From positions 11,943,888 through 12,007,887 of the forward strand of contig NC_092676.1 of NCBI RefSeq assembly GCF_964355755.1: 64,000 nt of DNA. Direction: 5' to 3'. Below the pieces are notes generated by a model, which was not told the DNA's origin, did not search any database, and was given only the letters and a program-made list of their open reading frames with translations. The stretch comes from Antedon mediterranea. Lineage: Eukaryota > Animalia > Echinodermata. The number at the start of each line of letters is the position of its first letter. The stretch's first letter is position 1. The position numbers and the translations under genes were made by a program. Positions 1-9,299 of the stretch are shown one piece after another.

Positions 1-1418
1 CCCTCCGCTCCCGAGTACCATGTTTAAAACATTCGAATAAACATATCGTCAACTATATAAAAAAAATGAATGTTTTAAATAAATCATCCCTAAATAAATG
101 AAATAATACCTTTGTTAGGAGTACTACTTGTACTAGGACGTGAAATAGGAGACATTAATGTTCTTTCTGTTAAATCTTTTCTATTCTGAGGAGTTTGAGT
201 TAATGGGAGTTGAGGTAATTGTGGTTGAGGCAAGTTTCCTCTTGCACCATTTGTTGTTAGTCTTCTTTCTAAATCTGATTTTTAAAAATACACATAATTT
301 ATGAATTAGGTTACGGTTAAACATTTATTTTGAGCAAAACTTATACACTGTTTTAAATAAAAGTTATGAATATAAAAAATATCCTTAATAAATAAAATAT
401 ATAAAATAAATAAATAATAAACATACCCTTGTTGGAAGCACTTGTAGTTGGTCTTAAAATACTGTTTGTTTTCTTAGCGCTTTTCACTGGAGGTCCAGAC
501 ATTGGGGGTAGAGGCAGGCTTTTTTTTTCTCTTGTTGGTGGGCTATCAGAATCATCACTCTCATAACGAAGTGGCCGTCTGTAATAAATATAGGATGCTA
601 ACAATATTCTTAATTGCTTTCTTTGGCACTGGAATTCATACACCCAAGATTAATACCCAAAAGTAAAAAGGGGGAATTTCAACAGAACGTTTGCAATTTA
701 AAAAAAAACTACAATGCATGTGCAGTAATAATAAGATAATTTTACGTTCGAATAATATAAATTATATACCACTTTTTTTGTTAATTGGCTTTTATCAATT
801 TCTTGAAATTTAAATATAAACATTATATAATTTAAATATAAAAACACAGGAAGATGGGTATAAATTATTTATTTCATTTACTTCTTCTTTCTCTGAGGAT
901 GACTGTCTTCTTCTTCAGCCGACTCTAGATTTGAAGTGTCTTCTGCATCTTTAGTTTTCTTCCAAGCTGTTTTGTAATCATCTGCATAATAAATATCGTA
1001 CTCATTATCAATATTAATGTTGGTACAGCAACGCAAATTTTATTGTTTAAATATATATTTAGTACCTACCAGTTTCATACAGTATTTTTATAGCATAAGT
1101 CGCCCAATTATTTTCCGGTGATTGTTTGTTTTTAACTGCCTGAATTATTCGATGGTTCAATTGGTGGCCACACGGCAGTATCACCTTCAACCCAGCAGCT
1201 CGGAACGACTGCCACTTGATTTTTTCAATGTAATTGACGACTTTATATTGTTTCTCTTGGTCCCTGCATTACATAAAAGAGAATATGATAAACAGGATAT
1301 TAATCAATCAATTACGGATGGTCTGATAGGGCAACATTTAATGGATTTGAAATATATATATATATATATAAAAAAAAATCAAGATCAAATAAGTTAAAAC
1401 TGCCTCAATATAGATTTA

Positions 1419-1461
1419 TTTTAACGACATGTTTCGGGCATAGCCCATCATCAGGTGAAAA
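1419..1461 (-). ncRNA. Second copy of the minimal hammerhead ribozyme (inverted arm)
   Basis: Reverse complement of 2940-2982 (gacatgtttcgggcatagcccatcatcag). Confidence 0.85.
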
Positions 1462-1682
1462 GAATTGTAACAAAGGATAACATATATAAGTCACAAAATT
1501 ACATAATAAAACAAATCAGCCAATCAAAGATGTTAACAAACAAAAGGCATAGTTATAAAGGCACGCCTCCAAAAGCTATGGTGTACAAAGCAGGAATGGT
1601 TGCTTATAAAGCAGGAAATTTAAAACAAAGACAAAAGCTTCAAGTGTAAATAATTGTTAATATGTGAATGTCTCTGGCAAAA

Positions 1683-1952
1683 TTAATGTTTAAAGGATCT
1701 AAATTGTACATTTATGCCGGTAGGGGCAAGAGTGCCAAGCTTTACAATTATTCTTTCTTCTATAATTCTACGAGATGTCTCAGAACCATTACATACTTTA
1801 ACACCAGAAATAGTAATATCTGAAAGGGAATGCTCATTATTACAAAAATGGGTGGCTACAGGTAATCCGGGAGTCTTTAGTTTAATAGACCTTAAATGTT
1901 CTACAAACCTATCACCTAACCTGCGTTTAGTTTCACCAATATAAAGCATATT
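1683..1952 (-). pseudogene. Inverted duplicate of the GIY-YIG endonuclease C-terminal part
   Basis: MLYIGETKRRLGDRFVEH..FRSFKH differs from the 2452-2718 product by one residue (K/T). Confidence 0.9.
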
Positions 1953-2718
1953 TCTTATCAAAGCATCTGAGATGATCGATTTTTTCAATGCACGCGAATA
2001 TCCATCTGACATTACTGTGAAATCTCTAAGAAAAGTTTGCCAGTTAACGCACGAGGACACATTACAACCTACACATAATACAAATGCTTGTGACCGCATA
2101 CCTCTAGTCCTCACGTATCATCCTATGAATAAGAAGGTTATTAACATTGTCCGCGCGCAATAACTTTTCAATTTTGACTGAAGATAAATCCGCTACAAAA
2201 GATATTTTTCAAGAACCACCCATGATAGCTTACAGACGTGATCAAAGCATTAAAGACACTTTAGTTAAATCTAAATTACAAAACAAAGGTAATGAATCAA
2301 CTGGAACATTCAAATGTAATAGAAATAGATGTTCGACATGTAATTACGTTTCATGTTCAAACCAAATAGTAGGACCTTCTGGTAATTATGTTATCGTATT
2401 ACGTGCACCACTAGAAATCTAGTTTATTGTATTTCGTGTACTAAATGTAATATGCTTTATATTGGTGAAACTACACGCAGGTTAGGTGATAGGTTTGTAG
2501 AACATTTAAGGTCTATTAAACTAAAGACTCCCGGATTACCTGTAGCCACCCATTTTTGTAATAATGAGCATTCCCTTTCAGATATTACTATTTCTGGTGT
2601 TAAAGTATGTAATGGTTCTGAGACATCTCGTAGAATTATAGAAGAAAGAATAATTGTAAAGCTTGGCACTCTTGCCCCTACCGGCATAAATGTACAATTT
2701 AGATCCTTTAAACATTAA
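1951..2718 (+). pseudogene. Penelope-like polyprotein C-terminus (RT thumb/linker + GIY-YIG endonuclease), frameshifted
   Basis: The peptides RIPLVLTYHP, PPMIAYRR..IKDTLV.S, C-NRNR-C-ST-C and NLVYCISCTKCNMLYIGETTRRLGDRFVEH..PVATHF..H..L.TLAP.GIN are spread over several frames, with indels near 2160 and 2395. Confidence 0.9.
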
Positions 2719-2939
2719 TTTTGCAAGAGACATTCACATATTAACAATTATTTACACTTGAAGCTTTTGTCTTTGTTTTAAATTTCCTGCTTTATAAGCA
2801 ACCATTCCTGCTTTGTACACCATAGCTTTTAGAGGCGTGCCTTTATAACTATGCCTTTTGTTTGTTAACATCTTTGATTGGCTGATTTGTTTTATTATGT
2901 AATTTTGTGACTTATATATGTTATCCTTTGTTACAATTC

Positions 2940-2982
2940 TTTTCACCTGATGATGGGCTATGCCCGAAACATGTCGTTAAAA
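2940..2982 (+). ncRNA. Minimal type I hammerhead ribozyme of a Penelope pLTR
   Basis: CTGATGA (2947-2953), stem II GGGC-TAT-GCCC, GAAAC (2966-2970), palindromic ACATGT in stem III, and GTC cleavage triplet ending at 2975. Stem I tttcac/gttaaa is imperfect. Confidence 0.85.
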
Positions 2983-3056
2983 TAAATCTATATTGAGGCA
3001 GTTTTAACTTATTTGATCTTGATTTTTTTTCTATATCCTGCCTATGCAGCTCTTTG

Positions 3057-3090
<34 letters not shown>

Positions 3091-3173
3091 CAAATCCATT
3101 AAATGTTGCCATATCAGACCATCCGTAATTGATTGATTAATATCCTGTTTATCATATATATATATATATATAT

Positions 3174-3375
3174 GACGTTATCCAAATTCCTTCACTTGCA
3201 CTGATCAAGGGCTAGTGTTGCCCGAAAGCACTGCCAACTTTTCTGGCTGTTTACTTTATCGTTTTGATTTAGCTTTTCGCTTTTTATTTTTGTATCTCCA
3301 TTGAGATCCAGCCACTGATACCCACAGCATTGTCATTTTTTTCAGTAATTTGCCTTTGGATTTATATATATATAT
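3174..3375 (+). mobile_element. 3' end of a second Penelope-like family with a degenerate hammerhead-like motif
   Basis: CTGATCA-AGGGC-TAGTGTT-GCCC-GAAAGC at 3201-3229, followed by a T-rich UTR and a tail ..ctttggattt(TA)n similar to ..ctttgattt(TA)n of the first element. Flanked by (TA)n on both sides. Confidence 0.5.
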
Positions 3376-3540
3376 CCAAAGGAATATCCCGCCTCATGAA
3401 TAAAAATACTGAAAGATGAGGGCGTATCAATTTGATCTCTGTTGCGCGTGCGTACAACTGAGGACTAGTGCTGTTCCGCCGTACCACACCGAGAATGTTA
3501 AAGAGTCGTTATCCAATCGAGTTCGAACAATACCATGAAA

Positions 3541-3612
3541 GCCCCAGTGGTCTAATGGTAAGGACATCTGCATATCAAGCAGGCGGTCCGAGTTCGAGTC
3601 TCGGTTGGGGCG
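3541..3612 (+). tRNA. tRNA-like cloverleaf, anticodon ATC (Asp-like), within repeat copy 1; probably repeat-derived
   Basis: Acceptor GCCCCAG/TTGGGGC, D arm GTCT..GGAC, anticodon arm TCTGC-ATATCAA-GCAGG, T arm CCGAG-TTCGAGT-CTCGG. Followed by a TTTTT Pol III terminator. Confidence 0.7.
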
Positions 3613-3904
3613 ACTTTTTCTCATTCTCACAGATTTCCTCATCTATATCGTTTCAAATTAATTAATTAAATTTCAGTATATCACCGGGCGGTTTAGAATT
3701 AATGTTCTTTGCCTCTTGTGTTTATATATATAAAAGTATCTCTTCGGAGATCCCGCCTCGTGAATAAAAATACTGAAAGATGAGGGCGTATCAATTTGAT
3801 CTCTGTTGCGCGTGCGTACAACTGAGGACTAGTGCTGTTCCGCCGTACCACGCCGAGAATGTTAAAGAGTCGTTATCCAATCGAGTTCGAACAATACCAT
3901 GAAA

Positions 3905-3976
3905 GCCCCAGTGGTCTAATGGTTAGGACATCTGCATATCAAGGAGGCGGTCCGAGTTCGAGTCTCGGTTGGGGCG
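3905..3976 (+). tRNA. tRNA-like cloverleaf (ATC), copy 2, with an anticodon-stem mismatch
   Basis: Same as copy 1 except GGAGG replaces GCAGG in the anticodon stem and there is one D-loop change. Confidence 0.55.
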
Positions 3977-4207
3977 ACTTTTTCTCATTCTCACAGATTT
4001 TCTCATCTTTATCGTTTCAAATTAATTAATTAAATTTCAGTATATCACCGGGCGGTTTAGAATTAATGTTCTTTGCCTCTTGTGTTTATATATATATAGC
4101 ACATCAGGCAATGAACATTAATTCTAAACCGCCCGGTGATATACTGAAATTTAATTAATTAATTTGAAACGATAAAGATGAGGAAATCTGTGAGAATGAG
4201 AAAAAGT

Positions 4208-4279
4208 CGCCCCAACCGAGACTCGAACTCGGACCACCTGCTTGATATGCAGATGTCCTAACCATTAGACCACTGGGGC
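4208..4279 (-). tRNA. tRNA-like cloverleaf (ATC), copy 3
   Basis: Reverse-complement copy with intact stems, followed by a T-run on the minus strand. Confidence 0.65.
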
Positions 4280-4454
4280 TTTCATGGTATTGTTCAAACT
4301 CGATTGGATAGCGACTCTTTAACATTCTCGGCGTGGTACGGTGGAACAGTACTAGTCCTCAGTTGTACGCACGCGCACCAGAGATATATATATATATATA
4401 TATATATCAACGAATCTGCATGCCACTTAGGTTGATCGCGCTGCACTATAGTGA

Positions 4455-4849
4455 GTCAAGACTATATTCTGAATTGTCTGAATCTGTCTTATAATTATCT
4501 GAGATGTCTGCAAGTATGTCATCATCAATATCAACACAATGATTAGAAGGCTCAACAGTGGTCACCTTGAATGGTAGCCTGACTTCATGTGTCTTCACAC
4601 GTGCTTGACTGTTAGTGTTAGCTATTTCTGAATATAAACTTCAATCTGACATATATCATTATTTATTTCTTCTTGGACACCTACATCATCCCCCTTATCG
4701 TCTAGCCCACTTTGTAAGTCTACAGTCGCCGGACTAATGTGTCAATCATTTACAAAAAGGTCATTCTCAATTGTATTTAGTTCATTAATATTATTTAAAT
4801 GGTTATGTGCCTGGGAATTAATTCTCCTACGTTTTGTCCACCTAGACAT
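4455..4849 (-). pseudogene. Remnant of a transposase-like N-terminus (basic start then acidic linker)
   Basis: Reads (MS)RWTKRRRINSQAHNHLNNINEL..DIDDDILADISDNYKTDSDNSEYSLDS, with an in-frame TGA at 4744-4742 and a frameshift near 4640. No catalytic domain remains, so the assignment is inference from context. Confidence 0.35.
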
Positions 4850-5150
4850 AATTATATGAATAACACACCACACACAAATAAAATTACCGCCATTTGGATT
4901 GTACACTGTTTTCTCCCATGATAGATATAATTTCTTTCTTGAACAACTAAAATAAAAAGATTACATTATTTAACATTTACTTGCATATACATATGTTTTA
5001 AATTCACAGAATAATGCTGAAATGATTACAGGTATGTTCACATTGATGCGTTTTTAAAAAAATATGATGATCGAATGAGATTTTTGAAGACTAAGATCTA
5101 AGTTTTTTAATGAATAAAATAAGTTGTACTACTAGTTAACCAGGACCTCC

Positions 5151-5935
5151 GAGTGTTGACAAAGTGCGAGGCACGCGAGGTACGGCAAATATTTGTGCGA
5201 GGCATCATTCTATCATTTCCAAAAGTGCGAGGCATGCGAAGCATATAGTTTACAATGTCAAAAAGGTGCAAAAGGCATATCTTAACGTCCTATTATGCTA
5301 TATTATATGCCTAATAATCAATTATTTATATTTTTATAATAGGCCTAGCTAAATAGATTTATGTGTACACTCATCATGTTGTTTATTTTTATGTAATGAT
5401 TGTTTTTCTCATTAAAGTCATATCGTGTCAAATTTTACTTTTACAAAAGTACCCAAACTGTTCAAAAGTTGTGCATCCGAATATAAAAAGTAACAAATAA
5501 ATCCTTAAATTAACGATTTTACAAGCGTGTTTCTCGCATACTGTTAATTTTGCTCATTTGACGTTCCATAATAACCAAATGATTGAACATCGAGTGTGCG
5601 AAATTTGCGAGAAAAACGTCTGTAAATCACCAATTTACCGGATTTGTTGTTACTTTTATATGATTTTTCTTCATTAAAGTAGGCCTACTAATTCTAAGGT
5701 GTCGTATTCAGGATAAAGTTTGTTAACAAATTTCGAGTTAAAATACAAGGCAGGTGCAAAAGGGAAATAGCGGGCCTAGGCTAGGCCTACTTCAATTTCG
5801 GTGATTTCCTCGCCTCGCAATTTTGGGAAATGATAAAATGATGCCTCGCATTTTTTGATGATGGTAAAACGATGCCTCGCATAATTTTCTGACTTGCCTC
5901 GCTTGCCTTACATGCCTCGCCAAAAAGTGTCAATG
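5151..5935. mobile_element. Old foldback/MITE with subterminal TGCGAGGCA repeats
   Basis: TGCGAGGCA copies at 5165-5245 face TGCCTCGC copies at 5808-5920. Degenerate ends ttgaca../..tgtcaa; no clear TSD. Confidence 0.6.
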
Positions 5936-5993
5936 AACTTTACAACACAATCACAGGTATAACATTGATAAGAATAAGAACATACAAGACCAT

Positions 5994-6754
5994 GGGTGTG
6001 TAGAAAGCGACGACCTCGAATGGGACGACCCCAACGACCCGGGCGACCTCGAATTGGACGACCTAGAATTGGACGACCCATAACACAAAACCGACGACCC
6101 CTATAGCCTAGCCTAGGCCTAAGTGTGGTAAACATCCCGAAGCCGAATATATTTCTTTAAACCATACCTTATATAATAAAAAACTGCATTCGACATATTA
6201 AAAATAAATTAAAAGGAAATAAATATTATACATTACATGGTTAAACCAAGGACGTATAATTACATCTCGTCTTCTTATAACGAACACTATAGGCCTACAA
6301 AGCAGCGTGTTGCGAACATGTGCATGGGGAGGGCCGTCGCATAAGAAAGCTTTACATTTCACACATGCATTGTATACGGTAAAACCCGCCGCTGAAAAGG
6401 GGGCCGTTTTGACCTGGTATTTCGTGTGCTAATCGAGTCGAATGCAGTTTTAATGATGCACTCTTGGCGTTCCATATCTGTTCGTTTGTTCGTGTCGACA
6501 TATTCAGTATCAAATGGCGATATTTCTGTATTTTTTCAATCAATTGCTTGCTTGCGAGTATTATATAAGGTATGGTTTAAAGATCTTTGGCTATGTTCGG
6601 CTTCGGGATGTTATACCACACATAGGCCTAGGCTAGGCTAGGCTATAGGGGTTTCGGTTTCGTGTTATGGGTCGTCCAATTCTAGGTTGTCCAATTCGAG
6701 GTCGCCCGGGTCGTTGGGGTCGTCCAATTCGAGGTCGTCGCTTTCTACACACCC
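5994..6754. mobile_element. Mutator-like (MULE) MITE with ~185-bp TIRs and 10-bp TSD
   Basis: GGGTGTGTAGAAAGCGACGACC.. / ..GGTCGTCGCTTTCTACACACCC. TSD ACAAGACCAT at 5984-5993 and 6755-6764. GACGACC subrepeats in the TIRs. Confidence 0.9.
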
Positions 6755-7409
6755 ACAAGACCATATCATAAACAAAAAATAATTGAGACGACACAAGGAA
6801 AATATTTTACTCAAGAAGAGAAAAGACATAAACAAATCCTAGGTGAATGATAAAAATAAATAATACATTTTTAATTCCAAAGACTGGATAAAAAAACTCT
6901 CTGCTCTGCAGCAAAAATAGAATTCTAAAATAACTGGAGTACGTCAGTATCTCTAAATTAAACTACCAATCAGAATCAAGTACTCACCTACGTCACCCAC
7001 TGCTAGCCGTAAACAAGAGTTGACCTTGTTGCTGCATGCAAACCCCCAGCGAGGGTAGCTTGAAAATGCATGATCGCGATTGGCTAACAATGAATCACGC
7101 GCAAGAAAACTGACAGGTTGAAAGTTGTCGTTTGGTGTCTGGATAAACGACACTGAAATAGCGGCATTTCTCAAAGAAGCAAGTGTGGTGTCTGCTGTTA
7201 AAGCATGGCGGAAAAAATAAAGAAAGAACATGTTTTCCTCCATGGTTAAACCAAGACAATGACAGCCCATATGACCTCGATTTTATTGGGTCATAATTTA
7301 ATCAGTGGTTTAATTTATAATCCCCTCTAAAACTTCGCGGATTTTAACAAGTTAATAAACAACAAACAAATAATACGCAATGTACGCTACCACGAGTGGG
7401 TCAATCACT

Positions 7410-7760
7410 ACCCTAGGCCTAGGTAGGCTAGGTCTAGCATAGGCCCTAAATTATATATTTATTTAATTTATCAAATAATTTTTTATTGTATTATTATTAT
7501 TATTATTAAGCCTAGGCCTAGGCCTGGTAGGGCCTAGCCTAGGCCTAGGCTATTAATTATTATTATTACCATAAAATAGCCTATAGGCTAGGCCTAGCCT
7601 AGGCCCTAGTCTAGTAGGCCTAGGCTAGTTATGATTTGTAGAATATGCTAATTTTATTTTAGAAAATGAAAAATGTACCCGGCCACAAACCGGACCACAA
7701 TTCCAAGACGGATAATAATAATTTTAAAACTATAAAATAGGGCCTAGCCTAGCCCTAAAG
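7410..7760. repeat. Low-complexity TAGGCCTAG(C) palindromic clusters with (ATT)n
   Basis: Dense AGGCCT/CCTAGG motifs interspersed with attattatt. Confidence 0.7.
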
Positions 7761-8090
7761 ATGACTCCACCAGACAACTCCCCTCATCTCTAGGAGGAAA
7801 TCAGCCGGCCCAACAAGCTCACGGTTGATTTCAATCGTCGAGACGGGGGTGACTCTGGATGAAATCGGCCGGCCCAATGAGCTCGCAGTCGATTTCATCG
7901 TCGAGATAGTTTTGAGTCGCTGGGGACACACACACCGTACCCGAAGAGCAGCAGCACTCCCCGCCGAAGCAAAAAAACACTGCTAGTGTACCTCGTCGCC
8001 ATTATGATTAAAGAGATCGGTCTAGTGTGATTGAGACCTGGTCACTTCACGGTATTAGCACTTTACTACTACACTGGGTACTCACCAGAG

Positions 8091-9189
8091 GGGTGTCACG
8101 AAACCTAAGACCACGAAAGCTAAGACCCCCTAAGACCTAAGATCACGAAAGCTAAGACCCAAGACCTAAGATTACAAATATTTATCTTTCGCACCTGCCT
8201 TGTATTTTAACTCCCAACATTTATTCTGAATACCACACCTTAGAATTGGCACTTTCATGAAAAAGAATCACATAAAAAGTAACAAATACATTTTTAAATT
8301 GATGATTTTACAGACGTTTTTCTCGCACACAAAATGACTAGCCTACAGACAGTACACTAGTAGGCCTAGCCCATGTTCAATGTTTTTGTTTCTATGGAAC
8401 GTCAAAAGAGTAAAAATTATATAGACGGCTGAAAACTCTGTGGAGTCCATCTACAGTGTGGATGGAACAATGTAAAATTAAAATTGTAATGATAATAGTA
8501 TAATCATGCAAGTACGAAGAAATAAATACTGGCAAATAAATTTTAACTTAAAAATTATGATAAGTTTTTTTGTTTCGTTTTCTTTCTGTTTTTATACTTG
8601 TACTTTTATTGTTGCTCTTTTGGCGCTCCATAGAAACAAAAACATTGAGCATGGGGAGCTCGAGGAGTTACATTACAGTATACAAAGAAACACGTCTGTA
8701 AAATCATCAATTTAAAGGATTTATTTATTTGTTTTTATGTGTTTCTCCTTTTGAAAGGCCCTAAATTATATATTTATATATCATAAGTCCTAATTTTAAA
8801 GTGTGGTATTCAGGATAAAGTTAGTCAACAAATTTGGAGTCAAAATACAAGAAAGGCAGGTGCGTAAGAAAAACATCCTCTACACCAACACATTGGAGTA
8901 AATATATACAACAAACAACCCGTCAAGTTTGTTTGTTGTAAAGAAAAAATATACATTTACTCAACGGGCGAAAATAATGTGAGTTTATCTATGTTTTTCG
9001 GTAGTATTAAATTATATTTATGGTAATAAATGAAACCTACTGTGTTTAAAATTAGGTATGGATAAACAAGTATTGTTTTTAAGCTGTAGTATATCTTAGA
9101 ATTTGTAATCTTGGGTCTTGGGTCTTAGCTTTCGTGATCTTAGGTCTTAGGGGGTCTTAGCTTTCGTGGTCTTAGGTTTCGTGACACCC
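8091..9189. mobile_element. Mutator-like MITE with ~90-bp TIRs and 10-bp TSD
   Basis: GGGTGTCACGAAACCTAAGACC.. / ..GGTCTTAGGTTTCGTGACACCC. TSD CTCACCAGAG at 8081-8090 and 9190-9199. TAAGACC subrepeats. The interior holds an older inverted repeat (~8190-8420 vs ~8600-8865). Confidence 0.9.
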
Positions 9190-9299
9190 CTCACCAGAGA
9201 TAGTGATCCTCTTGGGTTCCGTTTTCTTCAGTGTTAAACTGTTAGGTTTTGGGTTGGGTTGTTGGTTTGGTTTCTGCTTTACAAAAGAGCGAGAGACTC

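Larger units (their letters stand above)
1283..3157. mobile_element. 5'-truncated Penelope-like retroelement (Neptune-type Cys-rich linker) with inverted pLTR, forming a large palindrome
   Basis: Arms ~1283-1952 and ~2449-3157 are near-identical reverse complements around a ~500-bp spacer. The region contains the GIY-YIG coding sequence, 3' UTR, a hammerhead and (TA)n tails. Confidence 0.9.
3386..4385. mobile_element. Three copies of a ~364-bp tRNA-containing repeat: two direct (3386-3730, 3750-4098) and one inverted, 5'-truncated (4099-4385)
   Basis: Near-identical units with a 364-bp offset (ORF track 3468 vs 3832). Each ends in (TA)n. Confidence 0.9.
110..8002 (-). pseudogene. Spliced transposon accessory gene resembling the N-terminus of DUF4806-type proteins; continues off the left edge of the window
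   Basis: Minus-strand GT-AG exons 1263-1070, 981-882, 578-427 and 274-110 join in phase (2/1, 1/2, 2/1, 1/1). They give ..DQEKQYKVVNYIE..RIIQAVKNKQSPENNWATYAIKILYET-DDYKTAWKKTKDAEDTSNLESAEEEDSHPQRKK-KRPLRYESDDSD..SNK-DLERRL..STPNK. The motif VAVVPSCWV..WPP lies in a shifted frame within exon 1263-1070. A candidate first exon ATGGCGACGAG|gtacac at 8002-7992 is phase 2, matching the next exon. Family assignment is from recalled motifs (VVP..W..WPP, Y..A....AE.TS.L), not a search. Confidence 0.65.
110..8078 (-). mobile_element. Putative degraded EnSpm/CMC-like DNA transposon (5' end at 8078; 3' end outside window)
   Basis: Minus strand reads TA|CCCAGTGTAGTAG.. from 8078. It contains a DUF4806-like spliced gene and a transposase-like N-terminal remnant. 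The other terminus is not visible, so TIR and TSD cannot be verified. Confidence 0.4.

Noticed and set aside
1683-2114. 143-aa ORF as an intact GIY-YIG gene
   Set aside because: It is a chimera across the inversion junction at ~1951. The N-terminal third is antisense linker sequence, and the first GIY-YIG motif is missing.
3390-3424. SECIS-like hairpin (ATGA..AA..GA), and CTGAGGA at ~3458 as a hammerhead core
   Set aside because: The hairpin is too short for SECIS geometry, and the CTGAGGA has no suitably placed stem II/GAAA.
6953-7270. 105-aa minus-strand ORF with a gtgagt donor near 6985
   Set aside because: No recognisable motif and no phase-linked partner exon that I could establish.
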